From an uncultured Verrucomicrobiae bacterium (GTDB taxonomy: Bacteria; Verrucomicrobiota; Verrucomicrobiia; Limisphaerales; Palsa-1400), in contig CAVPOM010000004.1 in the NCBI GenBank assembly GCA_963707025.1, forward strand, positions 704,001 to 768,000: DNA of 64,000 nt. Direction: 5' to 3'. Position 1 is the stretch's first letter, and the number at the start of each line of letters is the position of its first letter. The translations under genes and the position numbers were made by a program. This document shows, piece by piece, positions 20,538 through 30,192 of the stretch. The notes under the pieces are model-generated. The model was not told the DNA's origin, did no database searches, and was given only the letters and a program-made list of their open reading frames with translations.

Positions 20538-21710
20538 CTATTGTGACTTGAGCCGGTAAAAACTGTTGGCAGCCGGCAAAGGCAGCGTAACGGTGTCCTG
20601 CAAGTTGGTGAGGTTGAGGGCTGGCCGGTTCGTCACATCACTCCAACTGATCAGATCCGAACTCTGTTGCAAAGCAAATGTCATCGAAGGAACGAGCCAC
20701 GAGAGCAAAAGATCACTGTTTGAAGAAGTGGAACTCAACCACGGCGTGGGTGTGGTGAAGGAAATGAAGATTTCTCCGGAAGGGACCGCGTAGGCCAGTC
20801 TGTTTCCATCCGCTGACATTGCGACAAGATTTCGCGAAGGGCTGCTTACATGATTCGACACCCAAGCAGACCCAGAATTTGTCGAAGTGTAAATATGGAA
20901 ACTGCCCGCTATTAACTTCGTGCCATCGGCCGAGCTGGCGACGGAAACCCATTGATCTGCTGGGACTTGGTTGGTCGCCCAATTCCGTCCCGAATTTGTC
21001 GAAGCGTAAATACTGCCGTTCTCGTTCGCCGCGACAAGTCTGCCTCCGTCGGCTGAACACGAAATGGACTGCCAGATCCCGCTGGGCGCATTGTTGGTGT
21101 TCCAGGACAGCCCGGAATTGGTGGAGAGGTAGATCGGGCCGACGTAACTTCCGACCGTCAGAACGCGTCCGTCGGCCGACGAAGCGGCGGACAGATACTC
21201 ATGAAAAGCGCCGGGAATATTATTTGAAACCCAATCGAGACCGCCATCGGGCGAGGTCCAGACAGCCGCGCCGCCACCGCCGCCGCTCGTGACGACCACC
21301 AGTTTTTCGCCATCGGCCGATGACGCCACAGCGGACGGCCCGTCCGAGGAAGGTTCGCAGGTCAAGTTGGTTGAGGTCCAAGTCAGGCCAGTGGCTGTCC
21401 AAACACCGAGATTGCCGCCTCCGGCGCGCGTGACTGCGACCAGCTTGTTCCCGTCGGCTGACGAAGCGATGCCGCTCCACGCAATGCCGGCCGTCAGGTT
21501 ATTAGTGACCCACGTTTGTCCTGAATCTTGAGAGGTCAAGATGCCGCTGTTGTCCGCCGCCGCAGCCAATTTGGAGCCGTCGGCGGAAAATGCGATGCCC
21601 ACCCAGTTCGCAATCGGCGCCGTGGTTGGGTTCCACCCCTGGGCAAAACCGTTGCTCTCCATGCAAAAGGCGCTGACGAGCGCCAACAATAATGCTCGAT
21701 TTATTTGCAT
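20538..21710 (-). CDS. Secreted BNR/Asp-box (WD40/YVTN-like) beta-propeller protein
   Basis: Signal peptide; repeats W-x-S-x-A-S-S-A-D-G-x-K-L and S-T-N-S-G-x-x-W; C-terminal LQQSSDLISW...FYRL. Confidence 0.85.
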   Translation of the reverse strand: MQINRALLLALVSAFCMESNGFAQGWNPTTAPIANWVGIAFSADGSKLAAAADNSGILTSQDSGQTWVTNNLTAGIAWSGIASSADGNKLVAVTRAGGGNLGVWTATGLTWTSTNLTCEPSSDGPSAVASSADGEKLVVVTSGGGGGAAVWTSPDGGLDWVSNNIPGAFHEYLSAASSADGRVLTVGSYVGPIYLSTNSGLSWNTNNAPSGIWQSISCSADGGRLVAANENGSIYASTNSGRNWATNQVPADQWVSVASSADGTKLIAGSFHIYTSTNSGSAWVSNHVSSPSRNLVAMSADGNRLAYAVPSGEIFISFTTPTPWLSSTSSNSDLLLSWLVPSMTFALQQSSDLISWSDVTNRPALNLTNLQDTVTLPLPAANSFYRLKSQ

Positions 21711-22013
21711 TCTGGGATTTCCGGCACATCAAAATGGGATTTCCCATTTGATTTCTTGCCCGGGAAAAGCGCGGGCCTTTTTCTTGATGTTGACCTTTCT
21801 CCACCGATTTGCAAGCCGTTTTGCCAGTCCCTTTTCGGCTTTTCCCTGCCAGAGGGGGTGTTTCCCTGCTTTTTGCTCTTTTCCCCACGCTTTTCGACCG
21901 CATGCAAAGACACCTCTACAGTGGTTTCCTTTGTTCTCATGCCAGTCCTGTCACTTTTCCTTTACCCGGAAGCCGCCGCACCGCAGACCAGCCGGATTTG
22001 ACCACGGATTTCG

Positions 22014-22055
22014 GTAGAGTAGGAGGGGTGCGCATGGCAGCCCCGCCTACTCTAC
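22014..22055. repeat. Stand-alone palindrome GTAGAGTAGG...CCTACTCTAC
   Basis: 10-bp perfect terminal inverted repeat plus inner GGGG/CCCC pairing. Confidence 0.7.
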
Positions 22056-22423
22056 TGGTTCTCCTCAGGGGTGTCTTTTTTTTTCGTCGGGCCCTTCATG
22101 AGCCAGCCGTGATGTTCAATCCCGCCATTCAGCATTCCCCGCCGGCAGGCAAACCGGCCTTTTCGCCAAACTATTTTCACTTTTGCAAATCCACTTGTTT
22201 GGGGGCAAAACGGCTTTGAGCGAGTCTTGACAAGGGTTTTTTTGCGGTCATGACCCCCGTTTTCCGGCATGCATTTTGTACCCACGGTGGGCAGTCCCTT
22301 TTTCAAACCTGTGGTTTAATAGTTCCATGAACGCTAAACCAACAATGGATCACCCTGAAAAACCACAGGTAATACCAGCCCCGCACCAATGGGGCAGGGG
22401 ATTCCACCGCCGCTGCCAAGCCC

Positions 22424-22598
22424 GGGAAGTGTCCCAATTTAACAAACAGCGACGACTCGGGCGCGGTGATCGGGGAGCGCACGCGCCCTCGCGTGCCGTC
22501 AGCGACGCCCCCGTCGCTGACATCAGCGAAGTGGGTTCAGCGAGGGCGCTGAACGCTGCACGCCGGGCGCGCGCGCTCCCCGAATTAGGACACCGCCC
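22424..22598. mobile_element. MITE-like nested inverted-repeat element
   Basis: Outer IR GGGAAGTGTCCCAATT vs GGGCGGTGTCCTAATT (reverse complement); inner GGGAGCGCACGCGCCC...GGGCGCGCGCGCTCCC; no perfect TSD. Confidence 0.55.
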
Positions 22599-22751
22599 AA
22601 TCCCGCTCACTTCCCTCCCGCCCACGCCGACTTGGTGCGCAAAGCCCAGGGCACTCCTTTTGAACGGTTGTTGCGCGCCCATAACCTCCCTTCCTCGGAA
22701 GAAAAGAAGAAAAAGCCCCGTCCGGCCTCCAAGACAGCCCATACCGGTCCC

Positions 22752-22837
22752 GGCTGATTTCAGTTATTTTCACCTAGTTTCACCTAGTTTCACTTGTTTT
22801 CACCTGGTTTCAGTTCGAGGAGGGGTGGGGGGGGCCT
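22752..22837 (+). repeat. Phased 6 x TTTCA array, copy A
   Basis: TTTCA at 22758, 22768, 22778, 22788, 22798, 22808, then GTTC and G-rich tract ending GGGCC. Confidence 0.9.
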
Positions 22838-23016
22838 GTTCCACACACACAAAAGCGGCTCGCGCCGTCGAAAGGCAAGGCTGTCACGGAATCTTCTTAT
22901 CGCCATTCGACAGGGTGGAGGTGTGCAAAAGCCCCGCGCTTTCACAAAAACCAGCCAGAGTTTGGCAAGAAACGTGGAGTGCCGCTGCCGCCGGGTGTCG
23001 CATATTATATTCAATT

Positions 23017-23941
23017 ATGGCAAAAAAGCTGGATCAACCAAGCGCCAAGAAAATTGGCCTGACTGGAACGGGGCGCGCGCCGGCCCGTGCCGCCGTCACC
23101 CCCGATGCGGCGTATGGGTATCCGCGGGATTTTCTGGAGAATCAGTTCGTTTACCTGGTGATTTCCCCGCGGGCCGGAGGATTGACCATCGGGGTCAACG
23201 TGAACCCGGTTTTGCAATGCACTTTCCAGTGCTTGGTACTGCGAGATTGATCGCAGCACGCCTGCCCGCGCCACCCGCTTTGATGTGGAGAGAATGGCCG
23301 GGGAACTGCGCGGGACTTTTGGATTGGCCTGCTCGGGCGGGCTGCGGCGACGGGCGCGTTACGCGAATTTGCCGGAGGACTTGCTGCGAGTGCGCCACGT
23401 GGCCGTCAGCGGGGACGGCGAACCGACCTTGTCGAGTTATTTTGGCGAGGCCCTGGAAGCCATGGTCCACCTGCGCGTGGTGGGCGCGCTGCCGTTTTTC
23501 AAAATCGTGGTGGTGACCAATTCGACCGCGCTGGACAGGCCGGAAGTCCAACACAGCTTGAAACTCCTCACGCGGGCGGACGAGATTTGGGCAAAACTGG
23601 ATGGAGGCACGCAGGAGTATCTGAACCGGGTCAACCGCGCGACGGTCCCGCTGGAAAAAATCATGGACAATATTCTCTTGACAGGCCGCCGGCGGCCCGT
23701 GATCATTCAGAGCCTGTTCCCGGCCATCAATGGCGAGCCGCCGCCGGCGCGTGAGATCAAGCAATACGCGCAGCGCTTGAAGGAACTGAAAGAAGCGGGC
23801 GCGGAGATTCCCTTGGTGCAAGTCTATTCCGCGACGCGGCCGATGGCCCGGACGGGATGCAGTCATCTGCCCTTGAAAGAGCTTTCGCAGATCGCGAAGA
23901 CGGTGCGGCAGGTGGCCGGACTGCGCGCGGAAGTCTTTTGA
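23017..23941 (+). CDS. Radical SAM protein of unknown function; extra G at 23235-23236
   Basis: Removing one G restores CTFQCLYC (CX3CX2C); SGDGEPT, VTNST, IWAKLDGG. Confidence 0.85.
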
Positions 23942-23999
23942 GCGGGTCATCCCGGAAGTTGACGCTGCCGGATGTGGTTCATAGAATGGGGGCATTAAT

Positions 24000-25399
24000 T
24001 TGCTGAACAAATGCCTGCCTTTTGCGCTGGCGGCCCTGGCCTTGCTGGTGACGGGTTGTCCGCACAACCAGTACGTTGTCCAACTCAAACCGCGAGGCAA
24101 CAGCATCGAGCGCACGCTGGTCTTTTACCGCGAGGACGGCGTGAAGAATGACGGCACGCCAAAATACCAGGAATTTGATGAGGAGGAACTTGCGCTGATC
24201 GCCGGTGTGTATCCGGCGCGTGGCGTGACCCAGGCGGGCGAGGGTTACGTGGCCCGGGGCGTCTTCACCAACGCGCTGCCGGATGATGTCGGCGGCGCGG
24301 GCGCTTATACGAATCTGACGACGAGCCTTGGCGAGGCGGGCTTTTATGTGGAGCGGTTCCGCGGCAATGACGATTTGGCCGGCATGTCGGAGCGGCGCTT
24401 GCAGGCGGCCGACCGGCTGGCGGACCTGATGACCGGCTGGAGCCAGGCGGAGTTGGGCCGGGAACCCGGCTACGACAAGTTGCGTCAGTTTCTGGAGGTG
24501 GATTTTCGGCGCGATCTCAAGAATCTCAGTGAGTATTGGTGGGAGGGGCGGCTGGCCGGCGGCTACGGCACCAATGCGGGCGAGGAGTTTGCCGTGCGTT
24601 TTGGCCAATACCTCGTCGAACACGGTTATTTCACCATCGCAGAAATTCCGGGCCTTTTCCGGGATGTCTCGGGAGACGACCCGCAGGCCATGTTGCGCTG
24701 GTTTCAACGGCTGGTGGCGCGCAAAATGGGCGTGCCGGACAGCCAACCGGTGCCGGCATCGCTCGGCTTCCTTGCCGACGATACCAAGATGAATGAATCG
24801 TTTGATAAATATCTGGCCGGCACCGAGCTATTCCGCGCCCGGCTCAAGCAGTGGGAGCAAGACGAGAAACTGGACCCCAACCTTGACCGGCCGAAGCCGA
24901 GGGACCTGGTGCAGGAGGCGAGCGACACCTTGATTGATTTCAAGATATTTGACACAGCGGAAGCGGATCATCTGGTGGTCCAGTTATCAGTGCCGGTGTC
25001 TCCCGTTCACAGTAACGGCCGCTGGGATGAGGTGTTGAAGCAGGTGGTTTGGGACACCGACATCCAGAATAGAACCAATGCGACCCATTTGCCCGTTGCT
25101 TGTTACGCCAGTTGGGCACGGGCCAACGAAGCGTTTCAACAAGAACACCTCGGCAAGGTGGCGTTGACCGGGGATGAACTGACGCAGGTACCTGCCTTTG
25201 GCGGATCAGTCAGGATGCGCAACGGGGCGGCGAATGGGACGCCTTTCTGGCGGCCTTGCGGCCCGGCGCCGGGTTGGGGGAGAGGCTGGAGGCCTTCCGG
25301 TTCCCGGGCGAACCGCCTCCGGCGGGGACAAACGACCAACAGAAGACGCCCAGCCCCTCCAACTATCCGCGCCAACTCCTTAAGACCGCGCTGAAGTAG
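24000..25399 (+). CDS. Hypothetical lipoprotein; two extra bases near 25187-25191
   Basis: Lipobox LVTGC; corrected C-terminus ELTQYCLWR...GEWDAFLAAL...LLKTALK ending TAG 25399. Confidence 0.7.
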
Positions 25400-25525
25400 C
25401 CGGCTTGGTTTTACGTTCGCGGCAGCCGGATCCCGCGGTGCGCCAGACCAGCCGGTCGCCGCGAATTTGCTTGGAAAAGAAGGGGCTGGGGTTTAAACCG
25501 GCGCGTGGTTGAATTCAGGATGCGC

Positions 25526-26725
25526 ATGAAAAAGAATATGTTGCGGCGGATCGCCTTGTTTGGCGAGGTGGCGGTCGTGGCCCTGCTGGCGGCCTTTCTC
25601 CCGGCGGGTCCGGCTCCGGCGCAGGACGCCAGGACGGCCGCCAAGACCAACGGGCCTGTTGGGGCCGGCGCGGGCCTGGGCGAGGCAAAACAGGACCTTC
25701 TTTCGCACACCCTGGCCGCCAAGGAGGCTGGCGCGGCTTGGCTTGAACTGCGGGCCGCCATCTCCACGCCTCCTCCGCGTCCGGACGCATGGCAATTGAA
25801 GGAACCCTCCCCGGAAGAGGAAATGCGCTTTCTCCTGCCTTACGCCCTGGCGATTGCCGACAAATCCAAGGATTATTATTCCCGATTTCCCGACGATACC
25901 AATGCCATCGAGGCCAAACTGAGCGAGTTTGGCTTGTTATCATTCGTGGTGGATGAAGCGGCGGCCACCAACCAGCAGGCCCGGCTGGAGGCCGCGTTGC
26001 AAGGGATTCTGGCCGATCCCAAATTGCCGGAGGATGAGCGCTTCGAACTGCGCCATCAGGCCGTGGGCAAGGCGGTGCAGGACAAGAAGGCGGAGGGGGA
26101 CGCGGCGGTGCTGGTGGAATTGGAAAAAGGGACGCGGATGTTGCAGAAGGAGTTCCCCAAACGACCTGAAGTGATGGGGATGTTGATGGATCTGGCCGAG
26201 ATCAGCGAGCCGGAAAAATCCCGCGCCATGCTCCAGGAGATTGCCGCCAGCGAGGCCCCCGCCGAACTCAAGGCGGTGGCGGCGGATATGCAAAAGCAAC
26301 TGGAGAGGGTGGGGCAGCCCCTGGCCTTGAAATATACGGCGGTGGACGGACGCGAGGTGGACCTCGACAAAATGCGCGGGAAAGTGGTGCTGGTGGATTT
26401 CTGGGCCACCGAGAGCCAGTCCTCGCTGGAGATGCTGCCCATGGTCAAGGAGGCTTACGACCGGTTCCATGGCAAAGGATTTGAGATCGCCGGCATTGAT
26501 CTGGACGAGGAGAAGGAGGTTTTGACCAATTTTGTGGCCGGGCAAAAACTGGAGTGGCCGCAGTTTTTCGACGGCAAATCCGCGGAGACCAAGTATGCGG
26601 TTGAACTTGGGGTGAAAGGGAAAGACCTTCCCGCCATGTGGCTGGTGGATAAAAAAGGCGTGCTGCGCTACATCAACGCCGACTTCGATTTTACCAATAA
26701 AATCGGCCATCTTCTCGGCGAATAG
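25526..26725 (+). CDS. Secreted TlpA/redoxin-fold protein lacking the CXXC motif (start approximate)
   Basis: DGREVDL, GKVVLVDFWAT, WPQFFDG, LPAMWLVDKKG; ESQSS in place of WCxxC. Confidence 0.85.
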   Translation: MKKNMLRRIALFGEVAVVALLAAFLPAGPAPAQDARTAAKTNGPVGAGAGLGEAKQDLLSHTLAAKEAGAAWLELRAAISTPPPRPDAWQLKEPSPEEEMRFLLPYALAIADKSKDYYSRFPDDTNAIEAKLSEFGLLSFVVDEAAATNQQARLEAALQGILADPKLPEDERFELRHQAVGKAVQDKKAEGDAAVLVELEKGTRMLQKEFPKRPEVMGMLMDLAEISEPEKSRAMLQEIAASEAPAELKAVAADMQKQLERVGQPLALKYTAVDGREVDLDKMRGKVVLVDFWATESQSSLEMLPMVKEAYDRFHGKGFEIAGIDLDEEKEVLTNFVAGQKLEWPQFFDGKSAETKYAVELGVKGKDLPAMWLVDKKGVLRYINADFDFTNKIGHLLGE

Positions 26726-26742
26726 CCCGGGGGCGCGCAAAC

Positions 26743-27144
26743 ATGGATTGGCTGCCTCATCTGCTCTGGCCTGACGGCCATTTCCTGGGCATTGAATGGT
26801 CGGTTTGGAAAGTGATCGGCTGGGCGGGCAACGCCGTGTTTTCCACGCGGTTTCTGGTGCAATGGTATGCCACCGAAAAGCGCCAGCAGGTGGTGGTGCC
26901 GCCGCTGTTCTGGTGGTTGAGCCTGGCGGGGTCGCTGCTCCTGTTGTGCTACGCGGTGTTTCACGAGCGCGATTCGGTCTTCATTTTTGCCTACGCCTTC
27001 ACCTGGATTCCTTACATTCGCAACCTGCTGATTCATCGCCGCCATGAACAATCGCAAATCGCCTGTCCCTCCTGCGGGCACAAGGCGCCGGGGTCGGCCA
27101 ACTTCTGCGGCCAGTGCGGTGCCAAACTGGTTAAGGCGAAGTAG
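26743..27144 (+). CDS. Lipid-A-disaccharide synthase N-terminal (LAB_N) domain membrane protein with C-terminal zinc ribbon
   Basis: FSTRFLVQWYATEK, VVPPLFWWLSLAG, YIRNL; CPSC...FCGQCG. Confidence 0.88.
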   Translation: MDWLPHLLWPDGHFLGIEWSVWKVIGWAGNAVFSTRFLVQWYATEKRQQVVVPPLFWWLSLAGSLLLLCYAVFHERDSVFIFAYAFTWIPYIRNLLIHRRHEQSQIACPSCGHKAPGSANFCGQCGAKLVKAK

Positions 27145-27156
27145 CCGGTGGCCAGG

Positions 27157-28185
27157 CTAAGGCTTGATGACGGTGCGGATGTGATCGGTGGTGGCTTCCA
27201 GCCCGTCCAGGGCCGCGTTGATGGCCTTGGCCTCCAGCGGAATGATGCGCGTGACCGCGGCCGGAATTTGCAGCTTGCCGCCGCGCGCCAGTTCCAGCAA
27301 CAGGGGCAGCTCGGACGCCAAATGATCGGACACGCCGATGATGTGCGCTTCCTTGTTGAGCAGATTGTCGTAGGGGGAGACGGGGAATGATTGGCGGGTC
27401 AACCCCGCCAGCGCGGCGCGGCCCAACCGGCCGAGGCAGCGCACCGCGCCGTCCATGGTTTCGGGCCGGCCGATCAGTTCCAGCGCGACATCCACCCCGC
27501 GGCCCTTGGTTGCTGCCATGATTTGCCCCGCGGCATCGCCTTTGCCGGCGTCTATGGGGATGGCGCCGAAGCGCGCCGCCGTGCGCAGTTTGTTTGGGTT
27601 GATCTCCACGGCAAAAATGTCGCCGGCGCCGAGGGCTTTGGCCAGTTGCACCGCCGAAAAACCCAGTCCGCCAAAACCAAAAACGGCGACCGATTCGCCC
27701 GCTTGCATGTGGGCTTTGCGCAGGGCGTGCAGCGCCGTGGCGGAGGAACACATCATGATCGCGCCCTGGACAAACGGAATTTCGTCGGGCAGGACGAACA
27801 GGCTGCGCGCCGGCACGCGCACGAATTCGGCGTAGCCGCCGTCCCGTTCCTTGCCGATCATCTGGCCGGTGTCGCAGAATTGTTCCTGGCCGGCGAAGCA
27901 GAAGTGGCAGAGGCCGCAGGTGGCCAGATAATGGACGCAGACGCGCGCCCCCTTGGCAATATGCTTGACGTTCGCGCCGGTCTCCGCGGCCACCCCCGCG
28001 ATTTCGTGGCCCAGCGTCATGGGCAGCGGGCTGACGCGGGAAACCCCGGCGCGGTAATGGGCGTCGGAGTGGCAAATGCCCGCCGCGTGAACGCGCACCA
28101 GCACATCCTCCGGCCCGATTTGCGGCACGGGCAGGGTTTCCAGCCGCAAGGGCTTTCCGACTTTGATGAGGCGCACCGCTTTCAT
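27157..28185 (-). CDS. Zinc-dependent alcohol dehydrogenase
   Basis: GICHSD, LGHEIAG, CGLCHFC...C, GFGGLG. Confidence 0.93.
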   Translation of the reverse strand: MKAVRLIKVGKPLRLETLPVPQIGPEDVLVRVHAAGICHSDAHYRAGVSRVSPLPMTLGHEIAGVAAETGANVKHIAKGARVCVHYLATCGLCHFCFAGQEQFCDTGQMIGKERDGGYAEFVRVPARSLFVLPDEIPFVQGAIMMCSSATALHALRKAHMQAGESVAVFGFGGLGFSAVQLAKALGAGDIFAVEINPNKLRTAARFGAIPIDAGKGDAAGQIMAATKGRGVDVALELIGRPETMDGAVRCLGRLGRAALAGLTRQSFPVSPYDNLLNKEAHIIGVSDHLASELPLLLELARGGKLQIPAAVTRIIPLEAKAINAALDGLEATTDHIRTVIKP

Positions 28186-28325
28186 GGCGTCAAGAGGTTG
28201 ATTCAAACATTTTAAAGGATTGAATGGACGCCATCTTAATCCAAGGCCGCCGGTCGCGCCAATGGAAAAGGCAAGTATTGAATGGACAATACCGGGGGTC
28301 TATTTCAATCTTAGCAAGATTGACG

Positions 28326-29456
28326 ATGCACCTGCTCGAAACGTTAAACCTCAAAGGCTTTCGCTCCATCAAGGAATTGGAGAACTTCACGCTGGGGCCC
28401 ATCACCGTGCTCATCGGAGCGAATGGATCCGGAAAATCGAACCTCATCGGATTTTTCCGAATGATGAGCTACGTCATGCAGGGCGGCCTCCAGAGATTCC
28501 TGCAAGACGGCGGCGGAGCATCAAATTTTCTTCATTTCGGCCCGGCGCGCACGCGCTCTCTCGAGGCGAATCTGACTTTTCGCAGTGGTGCGGGCCTGAA
28601 CACAAAGCGGAACACCTACAGGTCTGAACTAACTTTCGCGGCCGTTGATCGCCTCATATTCTTTCACGAAGAGGTGCAATCTGAGCTCGCTGGCTCGGAT
28701 AATCCCGAAACGATCCTGTTCGAGAACATTGAGCCTTCAGAAAGCACTCTGAGCCGCGAAATCAAGTTGGACCCGCTACGGGCCGACACATTCATCCGCC
28801 AGTTCCTGAACAAAGTTCGTGCCTTCCATTTTCACGATACAAGCCTGACGTTGCGCATGCGGAATTACTGCGACGAGACTGATGCGCCGTATCTGCGCGC
28901 CGAAGGCGGCAATCTAGCGGCCGTGCTGTTGCGGCTGCTCAAGGAGTTTCCTGCGAATTATCGGCGCGTTGTCGCCGGAGTGAACACGGTTTTTCCAGAG
29001 TTGAAAGACTTCCAACTCGATCCCCCAGGCGGCAACGGCAAGGGCCTGTTGTTACGCTGGCGGCCGACGAGCAATCCGACTGAGATTTTTGGGCGGGCTC
29101 ACCTTTCCGACGGTACGCTACGCATGATTGCTCTCGTTACCCTCTTCAATTTGCCGGAGGCGATGTCGCCGTGGATGATTATCCTTGATGAGCCGGAACT
29201 TGGCTTGCATCCGGCCGCCGAGGCCTACCTTGCTTCGCTTATCCGCGCCGCCTCAGCGCAAACGCAGGTGCTGCTCAGCACACAGTCAGCGACGCTCGTT
29301 GATCACTTCAAACCATCTGAGGTCGTTGTGACTGAGATGCATGAAGGCGCTTCGACATTCAGTCGTCTCGAAGACGAAAAGCTCAGCCAGTGGTTGAAGC
29401 GATATACACTCGGGGAGGCCTGGCGAAAGAACGTCTTTGGGGGTCGCCCGGAATGA
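28326..29456 (+). CDS. ABC-type ATPase (AAA_21 / AbiEii-like)
   Basis: Walker A GANGSGKS, signature LSDGT, Walker B IILDEPELGLHP, STQS. Confidence 0.9.
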   Translation: MHLLETLNLKGFRSIKELENFTLGPITVLIGANGSGKSNLIGFFRMMSYVMQGGLQRFLQDGGGASNFLHFGPARTRSLEANLTFRSGAGLNTKRNTYRSELTFAAVDRLIFFHEEVQSELAGSDNPETILFENIEPSESTLSREIKLDPLRADTFIRQFLNKVRAFHFHDTSLTLRMRNYCDETDAPYLRAEGGNLAAVLLRLLKEFPANYRRVVAGVNTVFPELKDFQLDPPGGNGKGLLLRWRPTSNPTEIFGRAHLSDGTLRMIALVTLFNLPEAMSPWMIILDEPELGLHPAAEAYLASLIRAASAQTQVLLSTQSATLVDHFKPSEVVVTEMHEGASTFSRLEDEKLSQWLKRYTLGEAWRKNVFGGRPE

Positions 29457-30142
29457 ACCTGTTCCTCTACGTTGAAGGACAGGAGGAAGAGATGTTTGTG
29501 AATCGCGTGTTGCGCGGTCACTTGCTTCCGTTTGGTGTCATGGTTCAAAAACCCATTCTGGCTGCGACAAGTTTTCGCATAGGTGGCGACGAGGACGCGG
29601 ACATCACGGTTGGCGGTGTGACGAACTACGATTCGATCCGCGAAGACATCCTTAACCAATTTGCCACCGGCGACATTAACGCCGCCGATGTGCTTACGAC
29701 CCTGATTGATCTTTATGGGCTGCCGGCGCTCTTCCCCGGTTATGAGGAAGCGAGGATGAGCGGCCTGACCGCGGGCAGAAAGGCCGAACACATCGAACAG
29801 GCATGGAAATCGGACATCGGTCACCCGAATTTTTTCCCCTACATCCAGGTGCATGAGTTCGAGGCTCTCATTCTCACGCGCCCGTCGGTGCTCAAAGAGT
29901 TTTATCCTGAGCACTCTGCCGGCATCGAGCAACTCCGCAATGAATGTGCGGCATTTCGCACACCCGAGGACATCAATGAGGAAAAAGCGACGTTGCCTTC
30001 GCACCGCATCCTTGCCCGCGTCCCGGCGTACCAGAAGGTGGACGGGTTCCGACATCTCCAAGATATTGGATTGCAGGAACTAAAGGCGCACTGCCCGCGA
30101 TTCAAGGCGTGGATGGAGCAATGCGAGAAATTCGTCCGCTAA
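29453..30142 (+). CDS. DUF4276 family protein (TOPRIM-like)
   Basis: VEGQEE, TTLIDLYGLP, PYIQVHEFEAL, PEDIN, CPRFKAW; ATGA overlap with the ATPase. Confidence 0.85.
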   Translation: MNLFLYVEGQEEEMFVNRVLRGHLLPFGVMVQKPILAATSFRIGGDEDADITVGGVTNYDSIREDILNQFATGDINAADVLTTLIDLYGLPALFPGYEEARMSGLTAGRKAEHIEQAWKSDIGHPNFFPYIQVHEFEALILTRPSVLKEFYPEHSAGIEQLRNECAAFRTPEDINEEKATLPSHRILARVPAYQKVDGFRHLQDIGLQELKAHCPRFKAWMEQCEKFVR

Positions 30143-30192
30143 CGGTTTCTTACGGGTCATTTAACTGGCCCGACCTCAATTTTAGGATTAGG

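Noticed and set aside
22752..22837. TTTCA arrays as CRISPR arrays
   Set aside because: Unit is 10 bp with 5-bp spacers; no 23-47-bp repeats, unique spacers or cas genes
22276..23016. N-terminal part of the 324-aa ORF 22276-23250
   Set aside because: It translates through MITE-like and TTTCA repeats; the real gene starts at ATG 23017
23248..23250. TGA as selenocysteine or readthrough in the radical SAM gene
   Set aside because: Removing one G upstream restores CX3CX2C and takes the TGA out of frame
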